Shown here: positions 53,056 through 63,513 of the stretch, one piece after another
Layout of the letters: every line of letters starts with the position of its first letter
How positions within the stretch are numbered: position 1 is the first letter of the stretch
Source of the DNA: Chiloscyllium plagiosum
Lineage: Eukaryota
Assembly: GCF_004010195.1 (NCBI RefSeq)
Contig: NC_057720.1
Location: 31,208,150 to 31,272,149 of the forward strand
Reading direction: 5' to 3'
DNA length: 64,000 nt
The notes under the pieces: model-generated
Told to the model about the DNA's origin: nothing
What the model saw: only the letters and a program-made list of their open reading frames with translations
Database searches by the model: none
Translations under genes and position numbers: made by a program

Positions 53056-53217
53056 AATGTTCTCCTATGCTGTGCATGGATAGCAAATCAAGACAGAGTT
53101 GAATCTTCAGAAAGCAAATAATGTCTTTTTATGATTTGGAGGTGCCAGTGTTTCTGGAATGTAAAAAGTTAAAATATCACTCAGCACCAGGTTATAGTCC
53201 AACAGGTTTATTTGGAA

Positions 53218-53253
53218 GCACCAGCTTTCGGAGTGCCGTTCCTTCATCAGGTG
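53218..53253 (-). ncRNA. Minimal type I hammerhead ribozyme motif (lineage B), cleavage triplet mutated
   Basis: cac-CTGATGA-a-gga(acggcac)tcc-GAAA-gc-TG-gtg: 3-bp stem I, AGCT palindrome, and UG where UH is required. Confidence 0.65.
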
Positions 53254-53644
53254 GTTCTGGAGTACAGTATAAGATCATAGGACACAGAATTTATCGCAAA
53301 AATTTACAGTGTGATATAACTGAAATTATATATTGAAAATGACCTGGCTTGTCTGTTAAGTCTCTCATCTTTTGAATGGGCATGTTGGTTTCAGTTCTTT
53401 CATATGTAAATTCCAGAACTTTCTTAAAGTTACATTCTCAAGTGAACGTTAACAATAGGTGCCACGTCAGCCCAGATAATGCATTGAAAGTGTGAGGTGC
53501 CCTGTGTGAGGCTGTCTGTGCCCCAATATTCAGACTGATTCTATTTCTAAAAAAGGGATTTACAGAATCTTGCATGGATTCATGCAGTTTTTGAGCAAAA
53601 TAAAATATAATTCTCCAAGTACAAATTCACCTCACAAACTTAGA

Positions 53645-53912
53645 TGTATGCGTGGTCATGTGGGTGTGTGCATGCAAGGAGGTATGAGTGTCTGTGAGAG
53701 AGTGTGAGTATATGTATGTGTGTGAGTGTAAGTGTAAAGGGGTATAAGTCTGTGAGGAGGTGCATGTGTGAGTGTGGGAGTGTATGTGTGAGCATATGAG
53801 AGAGAGCTTGTGCATGAGAGAGGCTCTGCGTGAGTGTATGGATCTGTAGGAGTGTGTGTGTGCGTGTGCGTGTGTGTGTCTGTGTGTGAGTGTTGTGCAT
53901 GCACGCATGTGT
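53645..53912. repeat. Imperfect (GT/GA)n microsatellite inside the PLE lineage B UTR
   Basis: Seen directly. Confidence 0.9.
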
Positions 53913-54007
53913 AAAATGCAGTGGGGTCACCTGTAGTGTGACATGAACCCAAGGTCCCGGTTGAGGCCATCCCCATGGATACCAAACTTGGCTATCATTC
54001 TCTGCTC

Positions 54008-54488
54008 TGGATCAGTGGTGCTGGAAGAGCACAGCAATTCAGGCAGCATCCGAGGACAGGCAAAATCGACGTTTCGGGCAAAAGCCCTTCATCAGGAATA
54101 AAGGCAGAGAGCCTGAAGCATGGAGAGATAAGCTAGAGGAGGGTGGGGGTGGGGAGAGAGTGGCATAGAGTACAATAGGTCAGTGGGGAAGGAGATGAAG
54201 GTGATAGGTCAGGGAGGAGAGGGTGGAGTGGATAGGTGGAAAAGGAGCTGGGCAGGTCGGACAAGTCCGGACAGGTCAGGGGATCAAGTTGCTGGAGGTT
54301 AGAAGCTAGGATGAGGTGGGGGAAGGGGAAATGAGGAAACTGTTGAAATCCACATTATTCCTGATGAAGGGCTTTTGCCCGAAACGTCGATTTTGCCTGT
54401 CCTCGGATGCTGCCTGAATTGCTGTGCTCTTCCAGCACCACTGATCCAGAATCTGGTTTCCAGCATCTGCAGTCATTGTTTTTACCTC
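54008..54488. mobile_element. Young PLE (lineage A) with perfect 96-bp inverted pseudo-LTRs, nested in lineage B
   Basis: Arms 54006-54101 and 54355-54450 are exact reverse complements. Tail at 54451-54488. 16-bp TSD ctatcattctctgctc at 53992-54007 and 54489-54504. Confidence 0.95.
54357..54392 (+). ncRNA. Minimal type I hammerhead ribozyme motif (lineage A, intact); mirror copy on minus strand at 54064-54099
   Basis: attc-CTGATGA-a-gggc-tttt-gccc-GAAA-cg-TC-gatt. Confidence 0.75.
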
Positions 54489-56624
54489 CTATCATTCTCT
54501 GCTCGGCCACTTTGCATTGTTGCCTGTCCTAAAGTCCGCCTTGGAGGATGGTAGGCAAATACCTCATGAAGAAGAGTCTATGTATGTGATTTGGAACATT
54601 TTCTTTCAACTAATTACACTTCAGCAACACAATTGTGCAATAAATCTTCCAAAGCACAATGTCATGCATCCTTGAAGGATTGGATGGAGTCATATATCAC
54701 ATGGATACTGTTCTAACCAAGGATCCACTCAGGTAGAACATCAACAGCGCATTACAATGCCTACAAAAAAGCAGGGATTTCCATTAACAATGAATGCTCT
54801 TGATGTGAATACAATATCTCCAAGGAATGTGTAATTCTCAAAGCCAACTTCACATTCCTAGGGGATATTGTATTCACGTTGAGAGTCAGTGTTGATCCAC
54901 AGAAGACATGAGTAATCAAGGAGTTTCTAAATGATCAGAACATGACTGAGTTCCAGGGAATCAAAATCAGAAAGTTCTTGCTCAGGTAAGTGTCATTAAC
55001 AAGTCACTACAACAGCTGGTAGGTAAGGCAAAAAGTTATTAATAGTAGCAGACCACTACTACAGATGAATAGCAGTCAAGCAACTACAATGTTACATGTT
55101 TGAAGCAGTGAATATATCACTAAACACATTCTTTGCAAGACAAGGAATCTGATATCTTAAACAATGGACCACAATTTGTCAATTATTACTTTAAAGAGTT
55201 CATAATATTATATGGATCCATTCTTACCACCTATGATACCCACCAAGCAATGATAAAACAGAAAAAGATCAGTGCATACAATGAAAGCATTGCTGGAAAA
55301 GAACAATGGTGTACAACTTGTACTTCTGAGCTATCATCAAATTCCAGCCAAAACTAGTTTCACTCCATGTGAACTTTTGATGACTAACATGACTGAGGAC
55401 TCTTCAACATACACTCATGTTATATTTACAAGATAATCACTTGGTAAAAGTGAAGAAGGAGGATGAATTTCATTCCAGTCAGATGTAGAACTATGCCAAG
55501 TATCACAAAGCACATAACCTACCAGATCTCTGATCAAGAAAGACAGTTTGTACTCACATCATTATGGACAAGTGGAGGAACATGTTTGGTCCTACTTCAT
55601 TAAGACTGAAAATTGTGAAGGGAAACAGAATAAATATGCACTAGTATATACACATGGGCAACCCTCTACATACTCAGATAACCTTCAGTACAATCAAACA
55701 GACCAGAGACACTGTTTTCATGAGAGATCCAAGTGACAGTCTGATTGCTGAAGTGGAGTAAGCTATCAATTCTACTTCAACATAGCAGAACCCAAGAGTC
55801 CAAGGCTTAAATTTTCAAACTCTTCCAAAGGAATTGAGAACAGAGAACAGAAGGTTGTGAAACCACCACAGCAATGGTTGTTCAAAAAGGTTAATTTATT
55901 CTACACCAGAAAGGACACTGCAAACATTTTTTAGTAGAATGCTGAGACCAAGAATATTATAGGCAAAACTACCAATTTACATTAGAGCATGAAGTATATA
56001 TTTGTCAGTGATTTCATGTTGGATATATCTATCACAGCATAAATTTAAGTATGCAAATATAACATATATTGAATTCTCATGGTTCGTTCTGCTCTGGTTA
56101 TTATAATAATGCCAATTCCTCATTATTTTCCATCTATTTAGCAGGTCTTGCTGGAGGTGTACAGCAGAAAGGGAGTTATATTTAGCTGCTATAATTTTGT
56201 TTTGTAGTGAATTTGCATTGCTATGAGTTAACATTCAACAAGACCATTACACTGCAATAAAGCAATAAGACTAAGGATTGGTGTTTGTCTTTGATATTAA
56301 TCTCTTGGCCAGGGTGTGGTAGGGTGGTGGTGTTTTGCTAAAATTGCATAAGCAAACACAGAGGTCAACTGACCAACCCAGGCTCTGGAATCTCAAATTA
56401 TTTGAACCACTTAGTTTTCACTTGTGGATTTTGCATTTCAAAGTAGCACAGCACCTGCATACCACAAATGTTGGAACCCTAGTTGATTTTTCATTATTTT
56501 TAATTTTTTCAATCAATTTTGGTTTGGAGCTGTGAACTAGGAACCTGCAAGATAAAAATGACTTTTGGACTGTAATTAACAGTTTGCGCTAAAAGGAAAC
56601 TAAGTCAATCAAGATTTTTTGGTA

Positions 56625-56752
56625 AAAAAACTGCGGATGCTGGGAATCAAAAACTGAAACAGAAATTGCTGGAAAAACTCAGCAGGTCTGTCAGCATCTG
56701 TGGAGAGAAAACAGAGTTAAAGCTTTGAGTCCAGTAACCCTTCTACAGAACA
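56625..56752 (-). mobile_element. PLE pseudo-LTR remnant with tail (lineage D)
   Basis: Reverse complement: gttCTGTAGAagggttactggactcaaagctttaactctg...cacagatgctgacagacctgctgag...cccagcatccgcag. Confidence 0.7.
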
Positions 56753-57119
56753 GAAGAGTTCACCATTCCAGGGGTATTATTCATTTGCTTATGATTACCA
56801 GTCTACTGATATTAAAATGAAACCACCGTACAACGAGTTTGTTCTCCCTCACTTTATAGATATGTTCTAATCAACCGCTTCAGAGATGTTATTATATACT
56901 CTGGGTGAGACTTGAACATGGGCCTTGGGTCCACTGTATCACAGGAGCCTGCTCTCCCCACCAAATGTATATATTCAGACATTAACAACTATCCAGCTAT
57001 CATCTATGTCCATTCTCACCTTAATTACTTACTATATCATTTTGATCTCATTTTGAGTTTGATCTTATAGAAGCAGTTTTCTGCAAACACGGAATCCCAG
57101 TTATGAGGACGTTTGTAGT

Positions 57120-57290
57120 AAGATATAAGAAATAGCAACAGGAATAGGTTGTTCAGCCTCTCGAGACTGTTCCATTATTCAATAGGATCATGATTGGCCC
57201 GACATTGGTCAGGCTCATTCTTCGCTTTTTCCCCATAATCATTGATTCCCCTGCTGCTCAAGAATCTGTCTCAACCTTAAGTATGCACAA
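57120..57290 (-). mobile_element. Old CR1 3' end remnant
   Basis: Similar to 58870-59040. Confidence 0.6.
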
Positions 57291-58869
57291 GAACAGCAAA
57301 AATGCAACAGTAGTGGCCCTGCCTCTGAACTAGGAGGCCTGGACTCGGGCTTCACCTGAGGTGTATTATACTACTTTGAGATGATCCTGTTTTGATGCAA
57401 GATGCAACTTCTGGATCAATAGGTTAGAGGTGATGACTTAGCAGCTGTATTTTTGTTTGTTCCTTTAGACTGTAAGTGATATAGGAACCACAGGAATACC
57501 AACAGAAACATCAAATGTATGGGTTCTTTTTGTTATTTATACCGCAACACATGTGCACACCATGAATGCAGGAACATGTTTACTCACATCTTACTTTGTT
57601 AGCCAACAGCCACAACTCCCAAATTACACGAAACATGCCAATACTTCCTTTAATGACTCTACTGTCTTTTTCTTAAAATGATCCCACAACATGATCCTGA
57701 TAATCATTCTGAATCACATCATTACTCAAACCCATTTAACTTTCAGAATTATTCAGCTTTCACTCTCATGTGTTTCAGGTCTCCCCTTTTACAATTCCTT
57801 TATTGCCACTTCTTATGCAATTTAATTCATGTATTGGATAGTCACCTATACCAATCTGTTGAACCTTGACTTACAGCCCAGATTTGCCTTGTAAGTGAAC
57901 AGAGTGCAAACACAAGAAACAAGACTGGAGGTGGCCATGACTGGAGCAGCTCATAAAAGGGGAGACCTTGAAGATGAGTGGTATATCTGTAACTCTCTCA
58001 CCCATAGAAGGAAAGACTGGAAGCTTGCAAGTAGCTGGTGACAAAGTTACAAACATTTTTGACACACATATATACTGACTTTGTTTCACCAATGACTGAG
58101 TAATGAGGAGACAGTATTTTATTTGCCTAGATTGGGTCTTTGTCATAAAGTATGAGAATTAATAACAGATATGAATTTCTTTTAAAACAGAATAAATCCA
58201 TAATCATATTTCATAGGAACTAAACTTGCATGCAAAACTTCCCATTAAGTATTGAATTACACAAAATTTATATTAAAGAGCTAGTTTTCTGAAAATATGC
58301 GATTGGCAGGGTGTATCACCCACCATCCATTCATAGAAGGGATAACATGTTTTGTAGCCATGGTCTTCTGCCAATTAAATGCCCATAAAAGCATGGGCAA
58401 CATGCCCACGGTCTCAGCCTGGACCCAATGCTCTCCAGTAATCGTGCACATTTGGATAATTGGTCTTTAAGCTTTTGTTAGAGTGTTTTCTGTTAACAAA
58501 AGAAATTGTAGACATTTCTGAAATGTAAGGAGGAACACTGTCATCAAGTTCAAGGATTTACTTGTAGTGCTGTAGATAAAGCAGCCTTTTACTTCTAGTT
58601 TCCTATTAAATTACGGAGTGACTCACAGCACTGGCAGAACACTTGAATATCTTATAATTCACACAGATGGTCATTCTAAGCAGCTGATGCCTTGCATCTG
58701 CATTACTTTTAAAATGTATTACAGTAAAGGGTTCTCTTGTAGTTATCTTTCCAATTTCACCCCCTCTCTCCCTTCTCACATGATTCCATTGGAATATATT
58801 TTGACTATATGTGATAATGGGAGACAGCAACTTGCTAGTTACTTTTACAACTCTTAGTTCAAAATCAAG

Positions 58870-59680
58870 ACAATAAGACCATAAGATGTAGGAGCAGAAA
58901 TAAGCCAGTCAGCCCGTTGAATCTGCTCCACTGTTTGATCATAGCTGATATGTTTCTATACTCCATTCTCCTACCTTCTCCCCAAAGCCTGATCCTTTTA
59001 TTAAATCAAGAACTTACCTATCCCTGGCTTAAATACACTCAGTGACTTGGCCTCCAAAACCTTTTGCGGCAATGACTTCCACAGACTCACCACACTCTGG
59101 CTGAAGAAATTCCTTCTTATCCCAGTTCTAAATTGTTGTCCCTTTACTCTGAGACTGTGCCCTCAGGTCCTTATCTCTGCTACTACTGGAAACACATTCT
59201 CCACTTTCACTCTATCCAGGCCTCTCAGTATTCTGTAAGTTACAATCAGCTCCCACCCTAGCCTTCTAAACTCCATCAAGTACAGATCCAGAGTCCTCAA
59301 CCGCTCCTCAAATGACAAGCTCTTCATCCTCAGGATCGTTCATGTCAACCTCCTCTGGATTCCTTCCAACACCAGCACATAAGTCCTTAGATACAGGGCA
59401 CAAAACTGTTCACAATACTGCAAATTTGGTCTGACCAGAGTTTCATACTGCCTCAGTAGTACATCCCTAATCTTGGATCCTAGCCGTCACCAAATGAATT
59501 CTAATACTGCATTTGCCTTTCTACCTGTCAAATGTACCTGCATGTCAACTTGAGAGAATCCTAAATTGAACTCCTAAGTCCCTTTGCACTTCAGATTTCC
59601 AAAGCCTTTCCCTATTTAGAAAAAAAATCTATGCCTCCATTCTTTCAAACAAAGTGCAAAATCTTACATTTTCCCACACT
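58870..59680 (-). mobile_element. CR1 3' fragment (older subfamily)
   Basis: The minus strand has LVRPNLQYCEQFCAL and NFFSQSVVSLWKSLPQK, with tail tcttatggtcttat. Confidence 0.88.
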
Positions 59681-59689
59681 TTCACAGCA

Positions 59690-60015
59690 ATGGTTAGCAC
59701 TGCTGCTTCACAGTGCCAGGGTCCCTAGTTAAATTCCACCCTCAGACAACTATCTGTGTGGAGTTTGCACATTCTCCCCATGTCTGTGTGGGTTTCCCTC
59801 GGGTGCTCTGGTTTCCTCCCACAATCCAAGATGTGCAGGTTAGGTGGATTGGCCATGCTAAATTGCCCATAGTGTCCAGGGTGTGCTGGTTAGATGGATT
59901 AGCTATGGAAAATATATGGTTACAGGGATGGGGTGGGTCTGGGTAGGATTCCGTTCAGAGGGGCGATGTGGGCTTAATGGGCTGTTTCCACACTGTAGGG
60001 ATTCTATGATTCTAT
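59690..60015 (+). mobile_element. HE1-type SINE
   Basis: tggttagcactgctgcttcacagtgccaggg...gtggagtttgcacattctcc...ccacactgtagggattctatgattcta. Confidence 0.92.
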
Positions 60016-60454
60016 CAAGAAATACAAGAAATCAAGGGAAACTTGAGTGAGATGTAAAGTTGGCAGACAAATTCAGTTAATGCTATCCCAGTTCTACAAG
60101 TGTCTATAAACATCCTGTCATTTGCTTAAGTGGCCATTTGTGAAACATTTATGTTATTCAGCCATGGAAGATCATTATAATTGTGCAGGTTCTTGTCCTC
60201 ACTCGATCAGTCTTTAAATCATAAGAATTAGAAGCAGAAATCCTAAGTGGATTGTCACCTTAGCTTGTGAATGTTTTGATCTGCTTTCACCAATACTCTG
60301 GAATACTTAGTCAGCCAGTTCTCATGACTTAGGCTGACATTGGGTTGGGGATTTGAGGTTTCAACTGCACTGCTAAGAGAGCGTTACCTTAGATTGTATG
60401 GTCTCCTGCATTATTGTGATACATCTTAGTCTCTGCCTTGCCTAAGAACTTTTT

Positions 60455-60800
60455 TTCCATTCGTGGAGTTTGGGTGTCACTGGTCCTTCACTCATTGCCC
60501 TTGAGAAGGTAGATGGTGAGCTACCTTATTGAATCACTGCAGTCCAGGGGAATTAGGAGCACGGTGCTGTTAGAGAGGTAGTTCCAGAATCTTAACCTAG
60601 TGATGGTGAAGGAAAAGTGATATTGTTCCAAGTTGGGCTTGCATATCGATTGGAGGTGATCTTGTAGCCGAAACGTCGAATCTTCTGTTCCCTAGATGCT
60701 GCCTGACCTGCTGTGCTGTTCCAGCAATAAAGTTTCAGCAAAGTGATATTGTTCCAAGTTGGGCTTGCATATCGATTGGAGGTGATCTTGTAGATATTGG
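60455..60800 (-). mobile_element. Degenerate 3' end of second CR1/L2-group LINE (target of PLE insert)
   Basis: ttgcccttgagaaggtagatggtgagct...gatattgttccaagt matches 44090-44270. Confidence 0.65.
60668..60739 (+). mobile_element. 72-bp tail-less PLE mini-insertion (lineage A), 5'-truncated inside the hammerhead
   Basis: ccGAAAcgTCgaatcttctgttccctagatgctgcctgacc...aataaagtttcagc, flanked by a perfect 54-bp direct repeat at 60614-60667 and 60740-60793. Confidence 0.92.
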
Positions 60801-61064
60801 TATTCTCATTGTTAATATCCCAGATGATGACTCTACTGGACAAGTCAGACCTCAGATTCAGATCTGGCTTCATAGATCATACTTTTTTTTATATTTAACG
60901 AGATGTTCATCACTGAAACATAAGCACCAAAGGTGTCCCTCTCATACTGGTTTAAAATAAATGATCCCAAAAAGACTGACAAGTTACTCATTAAACCCCC
61001 TCATACACATAGTCCAAATTCCACATGTATCTGCTGCCCTTGCCTTTCAATGCATCCTTGACCT

Positions 61065-61982
61065 CTTCATTTATTACATTAATGATCTTCCCCACAAAAC
61101 AAGGTCAGAAATTGAAGTGCACACTGAAGATTTCACAATGTTCAGCACCATTCACAACTCCTCAGATGCTGAAGCAGTCTGTATCCAAATGCAGCAAGAT
61201 CTGGACAATATCCAGGTGTGGGCTGAAAACTGGCAAATAACATCTATTCCATATAAATGTCAGATAATGACCATCTCCAACAACAGACAACCAGCTATTG
61301 TGCCTTGATATTCAATGCAGTTACCATTACTCACTATCAACATCCTGGGGTTACAATTGACCAGAAAGTCAACTGGTCTAGCCATATAAATACAATGGCT
61401 ACAAAAGCAGGAGAAAGGGTAGGAACATTACAGTGAGTAATTCACCTCCTGACTCCCCAAACTCAGTCCATCATCTACAAGGCACAAGTTAGGAGTGTGA
61501 TATCTTCCCACTTGCCTGGATCGGTATAGCTCCAACAACACCCGAGAAGTTTGATGCCATCCAGAACAAAGCGGCCCACTTAATTCTACCAATATCCCCT
61601 CTACCGCCAACTCTCAATTGCAGCAGTGTGTATTATCGACAAAATGCACTGCGGAAATTCACCAAAAATCTTTAGAAAGCACCTTCTAAACCCACAACCA
61701 CTTCTATGTAGGACAAAGATAGTGCATATATGGGAACACTACCACCGCAAGTCCCACTCCAAGCCAGTCACTGTCCTGATTTGGAAATATATCGCTGTTA
61801 CTTCAGTATTGCTTGGTCAAAATTCTGGAACTCCCTCCCTAATGGCATTGTGGGTCTACCTACAGCACATGGACTGCAGCGAATCAAGCCAACAGTCACC
61901 CCCACCTTCTCAAGACAATAGGGACAGACAACAAATGCTGATCCAACTAGTGACATCCATATCCAATGACTGAATTTAAAAA
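61065..61982 (+). mobile_element. Second CR1/L2-group LINE, 3' part
   Basis: YINDLP...MQQDLDNIQVWAENWQITSIPYKCQIMTISN; LGVTIDQKVNWSSHIN; IYKAQVRSV; SKFWNSLP. Confidence 0.88.
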
Positions 61983-62084
61983 GTGGTAGAAGAGCACATC
62001 TCTAGTACAGAGAGTGAATGTTGAAAGTGTTATAGGGTTTGCCAATCAAGTAAGTTGCTTTGTCCTGAATTTGTCATAGATACA

Positions 62085-62370
62085 GAGAAAATAGGAGCAG
62101 GAGTAGGCCATTCAGCCCTTCAAAGCTGCTCTACCATTCAAGATGATCATGTCTGAACATTCAGTTTGGTACCTGTTCCCGCTTTCTCCCATATCCTGTG
62201 ATCACTTTAGCTCTAACAAACCCAATTCCTTCCTGAAAACACTCAATGATGTGGCTTGAACTGCTTTCAGTGGCAGAATTTCACAGGCTCACCACTCTCT
62301 GGGTGAAGAAATTTCTCCTTATCTCATTCTTAAATGGCCCATCCTTACTCCTAGTTCTAGTCTCCCTAAT
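62085..62370 (-). mobile_element. Old CR1 3' end
   Basis: aggagcaggagtaggccattcagcc...ctctgggtgaagaaatttctcc. Confidence 0.75.
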
Positions 62371-62872
62371 ATTCTATTAACTTCCCTAATTACTAGCTGA
62401 ACTCTATACTAACCATTTGTCCCAACTTATACTCCATTTACTAGATCCTTGCCTGCTCACTTACTGATCTTTGTCTTTTGTAGTCTCCTTATATTGTCTT
62501 CATAACTTTTTACTTGACCTCAAATGGAACAATATGGAAAACTAGAGTGAAGCTGAGACCATTGTAATGTCTTCTTATGTTTTCATTCAAGGGATATGGG
62601 AAGGAAGAATAAAAAAGAAACATTTTGTCTAAATGATGTGATATTGCCGAGTTCTGAGTTGCAGAGGGATTAGCATGTTCTAGTGTGTGAATCACAGACA
62701 ATTAGTATAGAGTGCAGCAAGTTATTAGGAAAGTTAATAGAATAAATAGGCAAAGTCTTTTCCCTGGGGTCGGGGAGTCCAGAACTAGAGGGCATAGGTT
62801 TAGGGTAAGAGGGGAAAGATAATAAAGAGACCTAAGGGGTAACTTTTTCACGCAGAAGGTGGTATGTATATG

Positions 62873-62928
62873 CCTGTTCCCTGGATGCTGCCTGACTTGC
62901 TGCGCTTTTCCAGCAACACACTTTCAGC
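62873..62928 (+). mobile_element. About 56-bp tail-less PLE fragment (lineage A) replacing part of a CR1 3' region
   Basis: cctgttccctggatgctgcctgacttgctgcgcttttccagcaacacactttcagc. The CR1 segment gaataagctgccagag...catttgga seen in other copies is missing here. Confidence 0.85.
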
Positions 62929-63279
62929 TGGGTATATGAATAGGAAGGGTTTGGAGGGATATGGGCCGGGCACTGGCAGGTGGGACTACATTGGGTTGGG
63001 ATATCTGGTCGGCATGGACGGGTTGGACCGAAGGGTCTGTTTCCATGCTGTACATCTCTATGACTCTATGACTCTAATATTACCATTTATTGCAAGGAGA
63101 ATGGAATACAAAAGTAGAGAGTTTTGCTTTAATTATATCAGGCATTGATGAGACTACTTCTGAAGTATGTGTACAGTACTAGGTTGCTTGTTCAAGAAAG
63201 TACAGTACATCAATTCATTGCAAGCATTGCACATAAGACTCCCAGGTGAATTCATGAAATGGGCATGTTGTCTTATGAG

Positions 63280-63513
63280 TCAAGAGTGTGGTGCTGGAAA
63301 AGCACTGCAGGTCAGACAGCATCCGAGGAGCAGGAGAATCAGCGTTTCAGGCAGAAGCCCTTCGTCAGGAATCTTTCGTAGCCCTCATGATGAAGGGCTT
63401 ATGCCTGAAACGTCGATTCTCCTGCTCCTCGGATGCTGCCTGACCTGCTGTGCTTTTCCAGCACCACACTCTTAACTCTGATCTCTAGCATTTGCAGTTC
63501 TCACTTTCTCCAC
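63280..63513. mobile_element. PLE mini-element (lineage A) made almost entirely of inverted pseudo-LTRs
   Basis: Arms about 63277-63372 and 63388-63478, tail to about 63511. 13-bp TSD with one mismatch, gtt(g/c)tcttatgag, at 63267-63279 and 63514-63526. Confidence 0.9.

Larger units (their letters stand above)
53160..54552 (-). mobile_element. Penelope-like element (lineage B): GIY-YIG C-terminus, CA-rich UTR and pseudo-LTR
   Basis: Removing the nested insert gives TILQGGL*DRQQCKVAEQRMIAKFGIHGDGLNRDLGFMSHYR*. The end reads ...aataaacctgttggactataacctggtg. Confidence 0.88.
46490..55961 (+). mobile_element. Fossil Gypsy/Ty3 LTR retrotransposon fragmented by nested insertions
   Basis: Gag 46669-47070 (RVSTL..CADDI, IVEWAKFNK, DTFINVLYKPSESCG..INDRIVAGI); protease FKLDTHVTVSVLS at 52318; LFTRLGKLK; RT FQSTMSCILEGLDGVIYHMD and FLGDIV..VDPQKT (54650-54960); integrase VADHYYR, NGPQF, TPCELLM (55040-55400). 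An identical 19-nt probable LTR end sits at 46625-46643 and 55943-55961. Confidence 0.82.

Noticed and set aside
53627..53985. Three overlapping His/Thr-rich ORFs
   Set aside because: They are translations of the CA-rich microsatellite in the PLE UTR.
54006..54450. Inverted repeats as TIRs of a DNA transposon (MITE)
   Set aside because: The asymmetric 3' tail, variable long TSDs, GIY-YIG remnants and hammerheads indicate a Penelope-like retroelement.
11416..60015. tRNA-like A/B box sequences as tRNA genes
   Set aside because: All are heads of HE1-type SINEs, followed by SINE body and LINE-derived tail.
60592..60873. ORF with a duplicated peptide, or a repeat-spacer-repeat resembling CRISPR
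   Set aside because: Explained by a 54-bp target duplication around a PLE insert. There are only two repeats and the context is eukaryotic.
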